Origin: an uncultured bacterium
Lineage (GTDB): Bacteria > Acidobacteriota > Thermoanaerobaculia > Multivoradales > JAHZIX01
Reading direction: 5' to 3'
NCBI GenBank assembly: GCA_965368975.1
Contig: CBDUPA010000013.1
Coordinates: forward strand, 128,001 to 192,000
Length of the DNA: 64,000 nucleotides
Each line of letters begins with the position of its first letter. The stretch's first letter is position 1. The notes below the pieces were generated by a model. The model searched no databases, was not told the DNA's origin, and saw only the letters and a program-made list of their open reading frames with translations. This document shows positions 23,258 through 33,335 of this stretch, piece by piece. A program made the position numbers and the translations under genes.

Positions 23258-24961
23258 ATGAAACCAACCACCATTCTGCTCAGCGTATTGACGGCAGCGC
23301 TGACACTGACAGCTCTGGCTGTGCCCATGCCAGCCGCGGCTCAGTGCGGAGAGACCATTACTCACCTCGGCGGCCGCTCGACGGCAATCGTCCCCGGCGG
23401 CGTCAAGGACGCCAAGGGTATGCTGGAGGCACTCGAGAACCCGAAAGTCCAGTCCATGCTGATGGAGGCCATCCAGCAGGGCTTGGCCCTCGAAGGCATG
23501 CCGGTGGACCGAGACCGTGACTTCCGTATCTACGGTGAAATCGTCTACCAAGCCAAGCAACTCGCCGAGGCGAATGCCGCCCCGCGGGACTACGGGAAGG
23601 GCACCCAGCTGTTGTGGATGGCCTACCGCAAGGACGGTGAGGTCACGCTGCTGGACAAGCCGTGCTGGGGCGCCTCCCGGCCGATGCAGGCCTGGGAAGT
23701 CCCCGTCCGCCTCGACGGCAAGATTTACCAGTTCATCATGCCTCGCCAGTGCATCAACCTGTCGGCCCAGTCAGAGTCGATCCCAGATCCAGACTACGTA
23801 CCGCCGGCCCCACCGAAGGAAGAGGCCGAGTGTAAGTTGCGCGCATCGGCCGACAACGAGACCGGCATCATTACGCTCGACGCCAGCGGCTCGAAGGGCA
23901 CCGTGACCATCGTTGGTGTCACGAACGGCGGCCAGCGCATGGCTCCGGACGTCACCTCCACCGGCGCCAACCAGTGGCGGTTCCCGAGCCAGGGCGAGGC
24001 CCCGAACGGTGACTACGTGTTCACCGCCGAGGCCAAGACCAAGGACGAAACCAAGACGTGTGAGGCCACGGCCCAGATGACGCCGCCGACCATCGCCTGT
24101 AACCTTGCGGCGACCGTCACCGACGACCGTCACATCAACGTCGCCGTGACACCGCAGGATGTCGAGGTCGAGGGCATGCGGGTCGAGTACACCCTGAACC
24201 CGAGCGGGAAGACCGGTTCCGCCTCGCTCGACGACGGCTCGCACATGTGGCTGTTCCCCGCCAGAGGCAAGGCCAAGCCGGGCAGCTACAACTTCGTCGC
24301 CGACGTTCGTGGTCGCCGTGACGGTAAGGGCACTTGCACCAGTGGTGACGTCGAGGTTCCCATTCCGCCGTTCCCCACCTGGACCGTGCGCGCCTACGGT
24401 GCGCGTCTCGATACGTCGGCGGACGAGTTCTTCCTAGCCAGCACCGATCCGGCGACCAACACGATTCCGATCCGCGAGCACTTCAACATCGAGAACGGCA
24501 GCGGCTTCGGTTTCGGCCTCGAATACCGTCCGACTCAGAAGATCGGTGTCGAAGCCGGCCTGCTCCTGGCCAGCCTGGACGCCAGCTACAAGCTCGACAT
24601 CGGTAGCGACTGGGCCATGGACCAAGACGACGTCGACTTCACCGCCTTCACCCTCGGCCTGAACTTCCACCCGCTGGAGACCTCCGGCCGCTTCGACCTG
24701 TTCCTGGGACCGTTCATCGGCTTCAGCAACTTCGACGACGCCGACTTCAGCGCGTTGGGCACCACCAAGGGGTATGACTTCGACGGTGGCTTCCTGTGGG
24801 GCGCCCAGATCGGCTTCGACCTGCTGTTCACCGAAGGTGGCCCGTGGGCCTTCACCAGCGCGTTACGCTACCTGGAAACTTCCGCTGAGGAGAACAGCTT
24901 CGAGATCGATCTCGACGAGCTGATCCTGAGCGCCGGTATCGCGTACCGCTTCCCGCGCTGA
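23258..24961 (+). CDS. Secreted multidomain protein with C-terminal outer-membrane beta-barrel (OmpW/OmpA-like)
   Basis: Signal peptide; two Cys-bounded beta-rich repeats; C-terminal ~190 aa of alternating amphipathic strands ending GIAYRFPR. Confidence 0.7.
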   Translation: MKPTTILLSVLTAALTLTALAVPMPAAAQCGETITHLGGRSTAIVPGGVKDAKGMLEALENPKVQSMLMEAIQQGLALEGMPVDRDRDFRIYGEIVYQAKQLAEANAAPRDYGKGTQLLWMAYRKDGEVTLLDKPCWGASRPMQAWEVPVRLDGKIYQFIMPRQCINLSAQSESIPDPDYVPPAPPKEEAECKLRASADNETGIITLDASGSKGTVTIVGVTNGGQRMAPDVTSTGANQWRFPSQGEAPNGDYVFTAEAKTKDETKTCEATAQMTPPTIACNLAATVTDDRHINVAVTPQDVEVEGMRVEYTLNPSGKTGSASLDDGSHMWLFPARGKAKPGSYNFVADVRGRRDGKGTCTSGDVEVPIPPFPTWTVRAYGARLDTSADEFFLASTDPATNTIPIREHFNIENGSGFGFGLEYRPTQKIGVEAGLLLASLDASYKLDIGSDWAMDQDDVDFTAFTLGLNFHPLETSGRFDLFLGPFIGFSNFDDADFSALGTTKGYDFDGGFLWGAQIGFDLLFTEGGPWAFTSALRYLETSAEENSFEIDLDELILSAGIAYRFPR

Positions 24962-25007
24962 TCGTTCCTGCAGCAACTCTGGGAGCCTGACCGGCTTCCA
25001 GAGCCCC

Positions 25008-25041
25008 AACGGCCCGCCAACCTCTGAGGTGGCGGGCCGTT
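25008..25041 (+). terminator. Stem-loop downstream of the barrel gene, probable terminator
   Basis: AACGGCCCGCCA-N10-TGGCGGGCCGTT 12-bp inverted repeat. Confidence 0.65.
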
Positions 25042-25173
25042 TCCGTCTAGAGTGGCTCAAGTAAGAAGGAACTGTCCAATCACCAACTGGGCCCAAGGAA
25101 CATAGTTCCAATAAGGGCCCCCAGAATGAAGAGCCATACGACTAAGGTCAAGATGTTCTCTGCTTGCTGCTCA

Positions 25174-26016
25174 CTATTCTGATTGTTTCCCGTTGGTATC
25201 GAACTCGGTGCCTTGGTAAATCTCGTTCCCGGACGCTTCGGCGAACTGGCCATGCAGAACCTTGACAGCTACAAGCTCGCGGCTGCGTCTATCCCACTTT
25301 CCAGACCGTCGCAAAGCCCCCATTTCCCAGAACCCCGATGAGCTTGTAACGTCCCGTCAGCAAGTCCCCAGGCTTGAGACGCCCTCCCGCCCGAATCTTC
25401 CGGCTCATGTCGAGAATCTTGGTATCGATGGTAGACGTGTCTTCACCTTGAGTCGCAGGATCCTCTTTCTGCTCGTACAGCCGCGTCAGCTCTTCAGTCC
25501 ACTCGCGCACTTCTTCAGACGGATACTCAACTGCTGGCTCTGGTGGCAACTGCAGTGTAGAGCCTAGTGCAGCTGGCAAAACCTCAGGCTGTCCGCTCAA
25601 GTGTCGATACAGGCTGTGGTACCCGCTCTCAAGGCGGTATCCTTTAGCGCCACGCAGATCTGAGGGAACAGACTGAGAGTTGTCATCCTCAAAAACAACC
25701 GGAATGAAGCGTGTATTCTCTGCCCCAGCATCGTAAAGGCTCTGCGTCAGAATCGCTCCCTCCCAGCTTGCCCCTTTCTTACGCTTCTTCCTTCATAACA
25801 GCGAGCGTACACAGCAGTACAAACAACAAGCACAAAGTCAGCCGCTTGGATCTGATTCTTCGTCCAGCGCGGCCACCCTTCACTGGGCGACGTTTCATAG
25901 CGATCCAAGCGGACGTCAATTCGTTCGGATCGAAGACGCTGTGCCAGGCTAAGTGCTCGTTGCTTATGTTCAGCAGAAACGTGACTATAACTCACGAAGA
26001 CTCTGGGCGAACTCAT
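25174..26016 (-). pseudogene. Frameshifted, truncated SEFIR/TIR-domain-Ser/Thr kinase fusion
   Basis: SEFIR start (VFVSYSH, EGWPRW, ADFVLVVCT) continues in another frame after ~25790 (KGASWEGAILTQSLYDAGAENTRFIPVVF). Then kinase motif I (LGNGGFATVWK), a second frameshift near 25296, motif II (ELVAVKVLH), and a stop at 25174. Low GC. Confidence 0.8.
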
Positions 26017-26163
26017 GGCAGACTGAGTCACCTTTGCGAGCTATGGTCAAGAGTAACTTCCGACCATAGCTCACACCTTTGCTCCTGACGTTAGAACGGT
26101 CCTCATCTCTACAACCCTACAGCACTGCACGGTCCGCTGAAGAAGGTAAAAGCTAGCCAGCTC

Positions 26164-27336
26164 TTACGCAATCGCCGAGTCCGGCCGCAACCCCAGCAAG
26201 AACTCTTCCCCCGGCAAGCAGAGGATTCCGTCGACCACCAAGCGCTCGTCGCCACGGTAGATCAGCGCGACTGTGCTCTCTGGGTAGTCCTCACGGAAGG
26301 CTTTGAGCGCTCGCAGATCCTGGGGCCGGACCGTCGCTGTGTTCTTGACTTCCAGAGCATAAAAGCCGGCTTCGCCATAGACCACGAAGTCCACTTCGAC
26401 GCCCGAACGAGTGCGCCAGTAGAACAGCTTCGCTTCCTGCCGCGAGTAAGCGATCCAGGCGCGTAGGTGCTGGGCGACCAGACCTTCGAATGCGGTGCCA
26501 TCGATCTCCTCGACCCGATCCAGAGGGCCACGCGGACGCAGAGCGCGAAAGACACCAGTATCGAAGAGAAAGAACTTTGGGTGGGCCACGACAGCTCGGC
26601 GGGCCCGCTGGGTGAACACCGGTAGGCGGAAACAGAGCAGTAGGTCTTCGAGCACCTCCAGATAGCCGGCAACCGTGCGGCGCTGCACCTGACAGTCCCG
26701 TGCCACGTTGCTGATGTTCAGCACCCCACCGTGAGAGAAGCTAACTGCTTCCAAGAACCGTGCAAAGCTGCCCACGTCTCGTACCCAGCCCTCAAACTGG
26801 ACTTCCTGCTCCAGGTACAGGGCAGCATAGGAACGAACCACGTCTTCCGGATCCGGCGCGGCCACGACCAGCGGTATTAGGCCATGGCGCAGCGCTTCGG
26901 CGAGTCGGAAGTTTGGTAGCTCTGCGGCCATGAACGGATGCAACGTCCGGTAGACGGCACGGCCTGCGAGCAGGTCGACACCTTCTCGGCGGAGCTTGCG
27001 GGCACTGGAGCCAGTGAGCACGAAGCGCTTGCGCACCGCCCCAGTAGCAAGCGGTCGTTCCAGCAGGTCGTGTACGACGTTGAGCAGTTCCGGAACACGC
27101 TGTACTTCGTCGACCACGACCAGCTCGGTACCGGCAGCACCCTGCACCAGCTCACTGAGTCTTTCTGGCTTGGACTGGAGACGCCGGTAGACATCCGGCT
27201 CCAACAGGTTGACAAATAGCGCGTCTGGAAAGCGATGCTGCAACCAGGTGGACTTGCCGGTGCCACGCGGACCGAAGAGGAAGAAGCTCTGTTCCGGTAC
27301 AGGAAAAAAGCGGCGCTGGAAGTCGAGTCGGCTCAT
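26164..27336 (-). CDS. AAA_14 ATPase with DUF4143 / C-terminal PD-(D/E)xK-like domain
   Basis: GPRGTGKS, VVDEVQRVP, LTGSSARKL, LAGRA, PKFFLFDTG, YWRTRSGVEVDFV..LEVK. Confidence 0.88.
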   Translation of the reverse strand: MSRLDFQRRFFPVPEQSFFLFGPRGTGKSTWLQHRFPDALFVNLLEPDVYRRLQSKPERLSELVQGAAGTELVVVDEVQRVPELLNVVHDLLERPLATGAVRKRFVLTGSSARKLRREGVDLLAGRAVYRTLHPFMAAELPNFRLAEALRHGLIPLVVAAPDPEDVVRSYAALYLEQEVQFEGWVRDVGSFARFLEAVSFSHGGVLNISNVARDCQVQRRTVAGYLEVLEDLLLCFRLPVFTQRARRAVVAHPKFFLFDTGVFRALRPRGPLDRVEEIDGTAFEGLVAQHLRAWIAYSRQEAKLFYWRTRSGVEVDFVVYGEAGFYALEVKNTATVRPQDLRALKAFREDYPESTVALIYRGDERLVVDGILCLPGEEFLLGLRPDSAIA

Positions 27337-27513
27337 GGTGCACTCGTGCAAATCGAGTCGATCTGGGTATGGGTTTTCGACTGATGGTTCATTCTGGCAT
27401 CTGACTTTCCATTTTGCGACGCAATTTGGAATCCTCGATGCCAGATTAGCATTCTTCAGCGACTCCTTCAAGGCCCCGATGAAGCCCTGACGCGCGTGCG
27501 GTATCATGGCTCT

Positions 27514-29355
27514 ATGTTGTCCTCAACTCTCCGCGTTTCTGCCTCGCCCTTCTTACTCCCACTCGCCCTCGCGGCGCTGCTGTCACCAGCAGCCGCAGCG
27601 CAGGACTTGCCCCTGTTCACCGACATCGCTCCGACGAGCGGCCTCGACTTCCATCATTTCAACGGCATGTCCGGCGAGATGTACCTCACCGAGATGACCG
27701 GCCTGGCAGCCGCGCTGTTCGACTACGACGGCGATGGTGATCTCGACGTCTACCTCGGTCAGGGCACCATGCTCGGGCCCGAAGCGACGCTGGCCGACGC
27801 GACCTGCCCGATTCCGGAGGGCTTCTCCACCACCAAGTCACCGACTGACCGCCTATTCCGCAACGACCTGGGGCCTGACGGACCGCGCTTCGTCGACGTC
27901 AGTGCCAAGGCAGGCGTCGATCTGGAAGGTTGGTCGATGGGGGCAACAACCGGGGACTTCGACAACGACGGCGACGTCGACCTCTACGTCACCCAATTCG
28001 GCCCCAATCGCCTACTGCGCAATCGCGGGGACGGCACCTTCGAGGATATCGGCAAGCAGGCAGGAGTCGACGATGCACTGTGGGGGCTGAGCGCTGCCTT
28101 CTTCGACTACGACCGTGACGGCTGGCTCGATCTCTACGTCGCCAACTATGTCGACTTTCCCAACGATCGCACCATCACTTGCTACGCGCGCAGCAGTCGG
28201 CGTGACTACTGTGGTCCGTCCGGCTTCGAGCCACATCCCGACCGCCTCTACCGCAACCGTGGCGACGGTACCTTCGAGGACGTCAGTGCGCAGAGCGGTA
28301 TCGCGCGCTTGCGCGGCGCCGGCATGGGCGTGGTGGCGGTCGATTTCGACGACAATGGCTGGCTCGATCTCTACGTCGCCAACGACGGTATGCCCAACTA
28401 CTTGTGGTTGAATCAGGGGGACGGAACCTTCCTGGAGGAGGCCCTGTTCGCCGGCACCGCGGTCAATGCGAGCGGTACGCCCGAAGCCAGCATGGGCGTC
28501 GACGCTGGTGACTTCGACGACGACGGCGACTTCGATCTGTTCATGACGCACCTGCTGGGCGAGACCAACACCTTGTTCGTCAACCAGGGCGAAGGCCTGT
28601 TCGTCGACCGCTCCAGCGACGCTGGCTTGGCGGCAGACAGCCTGCCCTGGACCTCCTTCGGCACCACCTGGTTCGACTACGATGGCGACGGTCGACTCGA
28701 CCTGGTGATCGCCAATGGCTCCGTCAAAGTGCTCGAAGAGCAGCGGGAGGGCGACGCCTATCCTCTGCGCCAGCCAAACCAGCTGTTCCGCAACCTCGAC
28801 GGCCGCCGCTTCGTCGACACCACCGCCTCGGCGGGTCCGAGCTTCACACAGCTGCGCGTCAGCCGCGGCATCGCCCAGGGAGATATCGACAACGACGGCG
28901 ACACCGACCTGCTGGTGACCAACAGCTGCGGACCGGTCGAGCTCCTGCGCAACGAGACGGGCCAGAACAAGCCGTGGCTGGGACTGCGCCTGGTCGACGC
29001 GCACGGACGCGACGCCCTAGGCGCGGTACTCGAGGTCATCCAGCCCGGAGCCGCGAAGTTGACCCGGCGCGTCCATACCGACGGCAGCTACACGGTAGCC
29101 AACGACCCTCGTGTCCAGGTCGGCCTCGGTAGCATGGACTACAGTGTCCGCCGACGCGGTCTGCCGGTGCGCGTGCGTTGGCCGGACGGCAGTGCCGAGA
29201 CCTTTGCCAACGTTCCCTTCTCACGCTACAGCGAGCTGCGTCAAGGCAGTGGCACCTCCGACGCACCCAATTCCCCACGCGCCGGCACTCCAGACCCAGA
29301 CAACGGTACAACCGGCGCCGACGCGACCGACCGCCAACCGGAGACCCACCGATGA
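27514..29355 (+). CDS. CRTAC1-family (FG-GAP repeat, ASPIC/UnbV) secreted protein
   Basis: Signal peptide; repeated D(Y/F)DxDGxxDLYV motifs; C-terminal GSYTVANDPRVQVGLG and VRWPDG. Confidence 0.88.
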   Translation: MLSSTLRVSASPFLLPLALAALLSPAAAAQDLPLFTDIAPTSGLDFHHFNGMSGEMYLTEMTGLAAALFDYDGDGDLDVYLGQGTMLGPEATLADATCPIPEGFSTTKSPTDRLFRNDLGPDGPRFVDVSAKAGVDLEGWSMGATTGDFDNDGDVDLYVTQFGPNRLLRNRGDGTFEDIGKQAGVDDALWGLSAAFFDYDRDGWLDLYVANYVDFPNDRTITCYARSSRRDYCGPSGFEPHPDRLYRNRGDGTFEDVSAQSGIARLRGAGMGVVAVDFDDNGWLDLYVANDGMPNYLWLNQGDGTFLEEALFAGTAVNASGTPEASMGVDAGDFDDDGDFDLFMTHLLGETNTLFVNQGEGLFVDRSSDAGLAADSLPWTSFGTTWFDYDGDGRLDLVIANGSVKVLEEQREGDAYPLRQPNQLFRNLDGRRFVDTTASAGPSFTQLRVSRGIAQGDIDNDGDTDLLVTNSCGPVELLRNETGQNKPWLGLRLVDAHGRDALGAVLEVIQPGAAKLTRRVHTDGSYTVANDPRVQVGLGSMDYSVRRRGLPVRVRWPDGSAETFANVPFSRYSELRQGSGTSDAPNSPRAGTPDPDNGTTGADATDRQPETHR

Positions 29356-31007
29356 GCCGTCTCTCTCGTCCCGCCGCCCTTCTCGTCTCGACCGTCGTGG
29401 CGCTGCTGTGTGGCGTCCAGATAGCCGACGCGCAGCCCTACCGCGATCCTGCACCACCAATCCCACAAGCCGGCGCCACCAGTGGTACCAACGGCGGTAG
29501 CGGCAACCGTGTCGAGCTGCAGCCGGTCGATTTCCCCAATCTCGAGGGCCTGGAACCGGCGGTCGCCGAGCAGTTGCAGGCGGTGCAGGGCATGCTGGTC
29601 GAGACGCTCGAAGGCCTGCAGACGAACCCGAGCGCACTGGAGCCGCAGCAGCTGGCCCTGCGCTTCGGGGAACTGGGTATGGCCTACCAGGCCTACGAAT
29701 TCTACGACGCCGCCGAAGCCGCCTATCTCAACGCCGTGCGGCTGGCTCCGGACGACTTCCGCTGGGTCTACTATCTGGCCACGTTGTCGCGCCAGCAGAA
29801 CCAGCTCGAGCGCGCCAACACTGCCTACCGGCGAGCGCTGGAGATCTACGACCAGCACATTCCTGCACGCTACTACCTGGCGCAAAACCTGCTCACCCAG
29901 GGCGATCAGGAAACCGCGGTGCTGTTGCTGCAGCAGATCCTCCAGATCTTCCCGGTCGAACCCAGCGCACACGCCGCCCTGGCCGAGATCGCGCTGCAGC
30001 AGGGCGAGTACCAGCAAGCCATCGAGCACCTCACCCGGGCCCTCGACGAGCAGCCCGAGGCCAACCGGCTCCACTACACCCTGGGCATGGCCTACCGGGG
30101 CCTCGGCGATATGGACAAGGCCCGCCACCACCTGGAGCTGGCTGGGCGTGTCGGTGTGCGACCGCAGGATCGTCTGCTCAATGAGCTCACAGAGCTGGCC
30201 CAGGGTGAGCGCGTCTACCTGCTGCGTGGCCGCACTGCCTTCGCAGCCGGCCGCTACAACGAAGCCGCTCAGGCCTTCGCCAACGCCATCGCAGCGGACC
30301 CACAGAGTGATCGTGCCCGTACCAACCTCGCCGCCGCCCTCGGCCAACTCGGCCGCACAGACGAAGCAGTCCTTCAGCTGCGCAAGGTGATCGAGAACGA
30401 TCCCTACAACCGCACCGTCCTGTTCAACCTCGCCATGCTGCTGGTGCAGAAGGGCGAACACGAAGAAGCCGCGAAGCACCTGGAAGTGGTCGTCGAGGGC
30501 ATGTATGACGATCCTGAGGCACAGTTCCAATACTCGCTCGCCCTGCGTCGCCTGGGCCGCCACGACGAGGCCCTGGTACCTGCCCAGCGTGCCGTCGGGC
30601 TCGACCCGCTGCGCGCCGAGTCCCAGTTGCAGCTGACGCAGGTTTACCTCGACCTCGACCAAACCGCCGAAGCCGCCCGCGCGCTGCGCGCCGCCAACGA
30701 GCTGATGCCCGAAGACGGCCGCATCGCCCGTGCCCTCGCTCGGCTCCTCGCCGCTGGCCCCGACCTCGACTTGCGCGATGGTGCTCGTGCGCTAGAGCTG
30801 GCCGAACTGGTGTTCCAAGCGCAGCAGACCACCGAGCACGCCGAACTCATCGCCCTGGCCCTGGCGCAGCTGGATCGCTGCGAAGAAGCCGCCACCTGGC
30901 AGCGGCAAGCGATCGAAGCCGCGGCCCAGGCCGGTGCCGCCGGCGCTGCCCAGCGCATGACCCAGATGCTGATCCGCTACGACCACGATCGGCCGTGCCG
31001 GCCGTGA
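29352..31007 (+). CDS. Secreted tetratricopeptide-repeat protein
   Basis: Signal peptide from ATG 29352; multiple TPR helix pairs; ATGA-coupled to the CRTAC1 gene. Confidence 0.85.
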   Translation: MSRLSRPAALLVSTVVALLCGVQIADAQPYRDPAPPIPQAGATSGTNGGSGNRVELQPVDFPNLEGLEPAVAEQLQAVQGMLVETLEGLQTNPSALEPQQLALRFGELGMAYQAYEFYDAAEAAYLNAVRLAPDDFRWVYYLATLSRQQNQLERANTAYRRALEIYDQHIPARYYLAQNLLTQGDQETAVLLLQQILQIFPVEPSAHAALAEIALQQGEYQQAIEHLTRALDEQPEANRLHYTLGMAYRGLGDMDKARHHLELAGRVGVRPQDRLLNELTELAQGERVYLLRGRTAFAAGRYNEAAQAFANAIAADPQSDRARTNLAAALGQLGRTDEAVLQLRKVIENDPYNRTVLFNLAMLLVQKGEHEEAAKHLEVVVEGMYDDPEAQFQYSLALRRLGRHDEALVPAQRAVGLDPLRAESQLQLTQVYLDLDQTAEAARALRAANELMPEDGRIARALARLLAAGPDLDLRDGARALELAELVFQAQQTTEHAELIALALAQLDRCEEAATWQRQAIEAAAQAGAAGAAQRMTQMLIRYDHDRPCRP

Positions 31008-31118
31008 AGCCAGCGGCACAATCCCCCCAACCTCCGGCGCAGCCCACGGCGGCGTCCCTCAGCCACTCCGGTCTCCAGACCCCAGAACACAACCCACGAA
31101 CAGGAAGGACCGGACATC

Positions 31119-32345
31119 ATGAAACTAGCTATTCTATCTCGATCTCCAAAGGCCTATAGCACCCGAAGACTCAAGGCGGCAGCTGAGGAGCGCGGACACA
31201 AGGTCCGCATCCTCAACACGTTGCGCTTCGCCATCGACCTCTCGGCCAACGTCCCGGACCTGCAGTACCGAGGCAAGCACCTGTCGCATTATGACGCGAT
31301 CCTGCCGAGAATCGGTGCCTCGATCACCTTCTTCGGCATGGCCGTCGTCCGGCAGTTCGAACAGATGGATGTTTATACTCCAACCACCTCTGCCGGTATT
31401 GCCAATTCGAGAGACAAACTGCGGGCGATCCAGATCCTGGCGCGCCACGGCATCGGCATTCCGGGCACGATGTTCGTCCGGGATCGAGCCGATGTGATCC
31501 CCGCTATCGAAGAGGTCGGAGGCGCGCCGGTCGTGATCAAGCTCTTGGAAGGCACTCAGGGCATCGGCGTCATCCTGGCGCCCGACAACAAAGTCGCCGA
31601 AGCGGTCGTCGAGACTCTCCAGAGCACCCGCCAGAACGTCCTCATCCAGCGCTTCATCGCAGAGAGCCGGGGCAAGGACATCCGAGCCTTCGTCGTTGGT
31701 GACCGGGTGATCGCCGCCATGCGGCGGAGTGCTTCCGGAGATGAGTTTCGTTCCAACGTCCACCGTGGCGGCACCACCGAGGCCGTAGAGTTGCCCCCCG
31801 AATACTCGAGGGTAGCGGTGCAGGCAGCACAGATCATGGGCCTGCGGGTCGCCGGCGTGGACTTGCTGGAGAGCGACCGAGGCCCCCTGGTGATGGAGGT
31901 CAACAGCTCTCCGGGCCTCGAAGGTATCGAGGGTGCGACCGGTCTGGACATCGCCGGTGCCATCGTCGACTTCGTCGCCAGCCAGGTGGACTTCCCGGAA
32001 CTCGACATTCGCCAACGGCTTACCGTCAGCACGGGCTATGGTGTCGCGGAACTGCTGGTGCGCGAAGGAGCCGAGCTTCTGGGTAAGAGTCTCAGCGCGT
32101 CAGGGCTCCGCGAGCGCGACTTGATAGTGCTGACCTTGACCAAGGGTACGGTAGTGATCCCAAATCCGAAGGCAACTCGGGTCCTCGAGGCCGGTGACCG
32201 GCTGCTCTGCTTCGGCAAACTCGAGACGATGCGCGACCTGGTACCGGAGCGGCTACGGCGACGGGCACGGTCCAAAGTACAGCCATTTCCGGAGCACCCC
32301 TTCCCAGGCACTGACGAGGACGCCGATACCCGAGACGTCCCTTGA
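31119..32345 (+). CDS. rimK: RimK-family alpha-L-glutamate ligase with C-terminal TrkA-C domain
   Basis: YSTRRL, PRIGASIT, KLLEGTQGIGV, FRSNVHRGG, EVNSSPGLEGIE; C-terminal LEAGDRLLCFG. Confidence 0.9.
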   Translation: MKLAILSRSPKAYSTRRLKAAAEERGHKVRILNTLRFAIDLSANVPDLQYRGKHLSHYDAILPRIGASITFFGMAVVRQFEQMDVYTPTTSAGIANSRDKLRAIQILARHGIGIPGTMFVRDRADVIPAIEEVGGAPVVIKLLEGTQGIGVILAPDNKVAEAVVETLQSTRQNVLIQRFIAESRGKDIRAFVVGDRVIAAMRRSASGDEFRSNVHRGGTTEAVELPPEYSRVAVQAAQIMGLRVAGVDLLESDRGPLVMEVNSSPGLEGIEGATGLDIAGAIVDFVASQVDFPELDIRQRLTVSTGYGVAELLVREGAELLGKSLSASGLRERDLIVLTLTKGTVVIPNPKATRVLEAGDRLLCFGKLETMRDLVPERLRRRARSKVQPFPEHPFPGTDEDADTRDVP

Positions 32346-33316
32346 CGGCGAGGGGTACTTCCAGGCAAGCCAAGCGCGAGCCTTTCCTGCTGGCGAATCA
32401 GGTCGTGGCCCCCGGGAAACGGGCCAAGCTCGAGATCTCGATCGCTCGGCTGATGTCGGGTACGCCCGTCGCGCTGCCGATCCTCGTCTATCACGGACGT
32501 ACCGAGGGTCCCTGCGTGTGGCTCACCGCCGCGGTGCACGGCGACGAACTCTGTGGCATCGAAATCATCCGGCGGGTTCTGGCGGAGATCGACCCGCGCT
32601 CGATCGCCGGAACAGTGCTCGCGGCTCCGATCGTCAATGTTCATGGCTTCAACCGCGGCGACCGCTACCTGCCCGATCGGCGGGATCTCAACCGGTGCTT
32701 CCCGGGCTCCGCGCGCGGCTCTCTGGCGTCGCGCATCGCGCACCTGATGATGACCGAAGTCATCGCTCGGTGCGGTTTCGGCATCGATCTCCATACCGGG
32801 TCTGATCATCGGATCAATCTGCCCCAGATCCGGGCAGATCTCGAAGATCCGACCACTCGGGAATTGGCCGAGGTGTTTGCTGCACCGGTCGCCATCCACT
32901 CGCGGACCCGCGATGGCTCCCTGCGCCAGGCAGCCACGGAAGCAGGCTCCGTCGTCCTGCTCTACGAAGCCGGCGAGGCGGACCGCTTCGACGAACGGGC
33001 CCTCGCGTCCGGGACCGCTGGAGTGCTTCGGGTTCTTCAACACGTAGGGGTGATGAAATCGGGAGCTCCAGCTCCGACCAACGCTGTCCGCTTCTCTCAG
33101 GCCACGTCGTGGTTGCGGGCGACCCATAGCGGCATGCTGCACCTCAAAGTGTCTCTCGGCACGGAGGTTGCTCCTGGCGACGAAGTCGCAACGATCTACG
33201 ACCCGTTCGGCAAGCGCCTCTCTTCGATCTCCGCTCGAACCAACGGCGTGGTGATTGGACAGACACAACGCCCCTTGGTCAATCGCGGTGACGCTGTCCT
33301 GCATATTGCCGCCTAG
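32342..33316 (+). CDS. Succinylglutamate desuccinylase/aspartoacylase family (M14-like) protein
   Basis: AVHGDELCG, RRDLNRCFPG, IDLHTG, LYEAGE. Confidence 0.9.
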   Translation: MTARGTSRQAKREPFLLANQVVAPGKRAKLEISIARLMSGTPVALPILVYHGRTEGPCVWLTAAVHGDELCGIEIIRRVLAEIDPRSIAGTVLAAPIVNVHGFNRGDRYLPDRRDLNRCFPGSARGSLASRIAHLMMTEVIARCGFGIDLHTGSDHRINLPQIRADLEDPTTRELAEVFAAPVAIHSRTRDGSLRQAATEAGSVVLLYEAGEADRFDERALASGTAGVLRVLQHVGVMKSGAPAPTNAVRFSQATSWLRATHSGMLHLKVSLGTEVAPGDEVATIYDPFGKRLSSISARTNGVVIGQTQRPLVNRGDAVLHIAA

Positions 33317-33335
33317 AACCCGCCTCGCGCACCTA

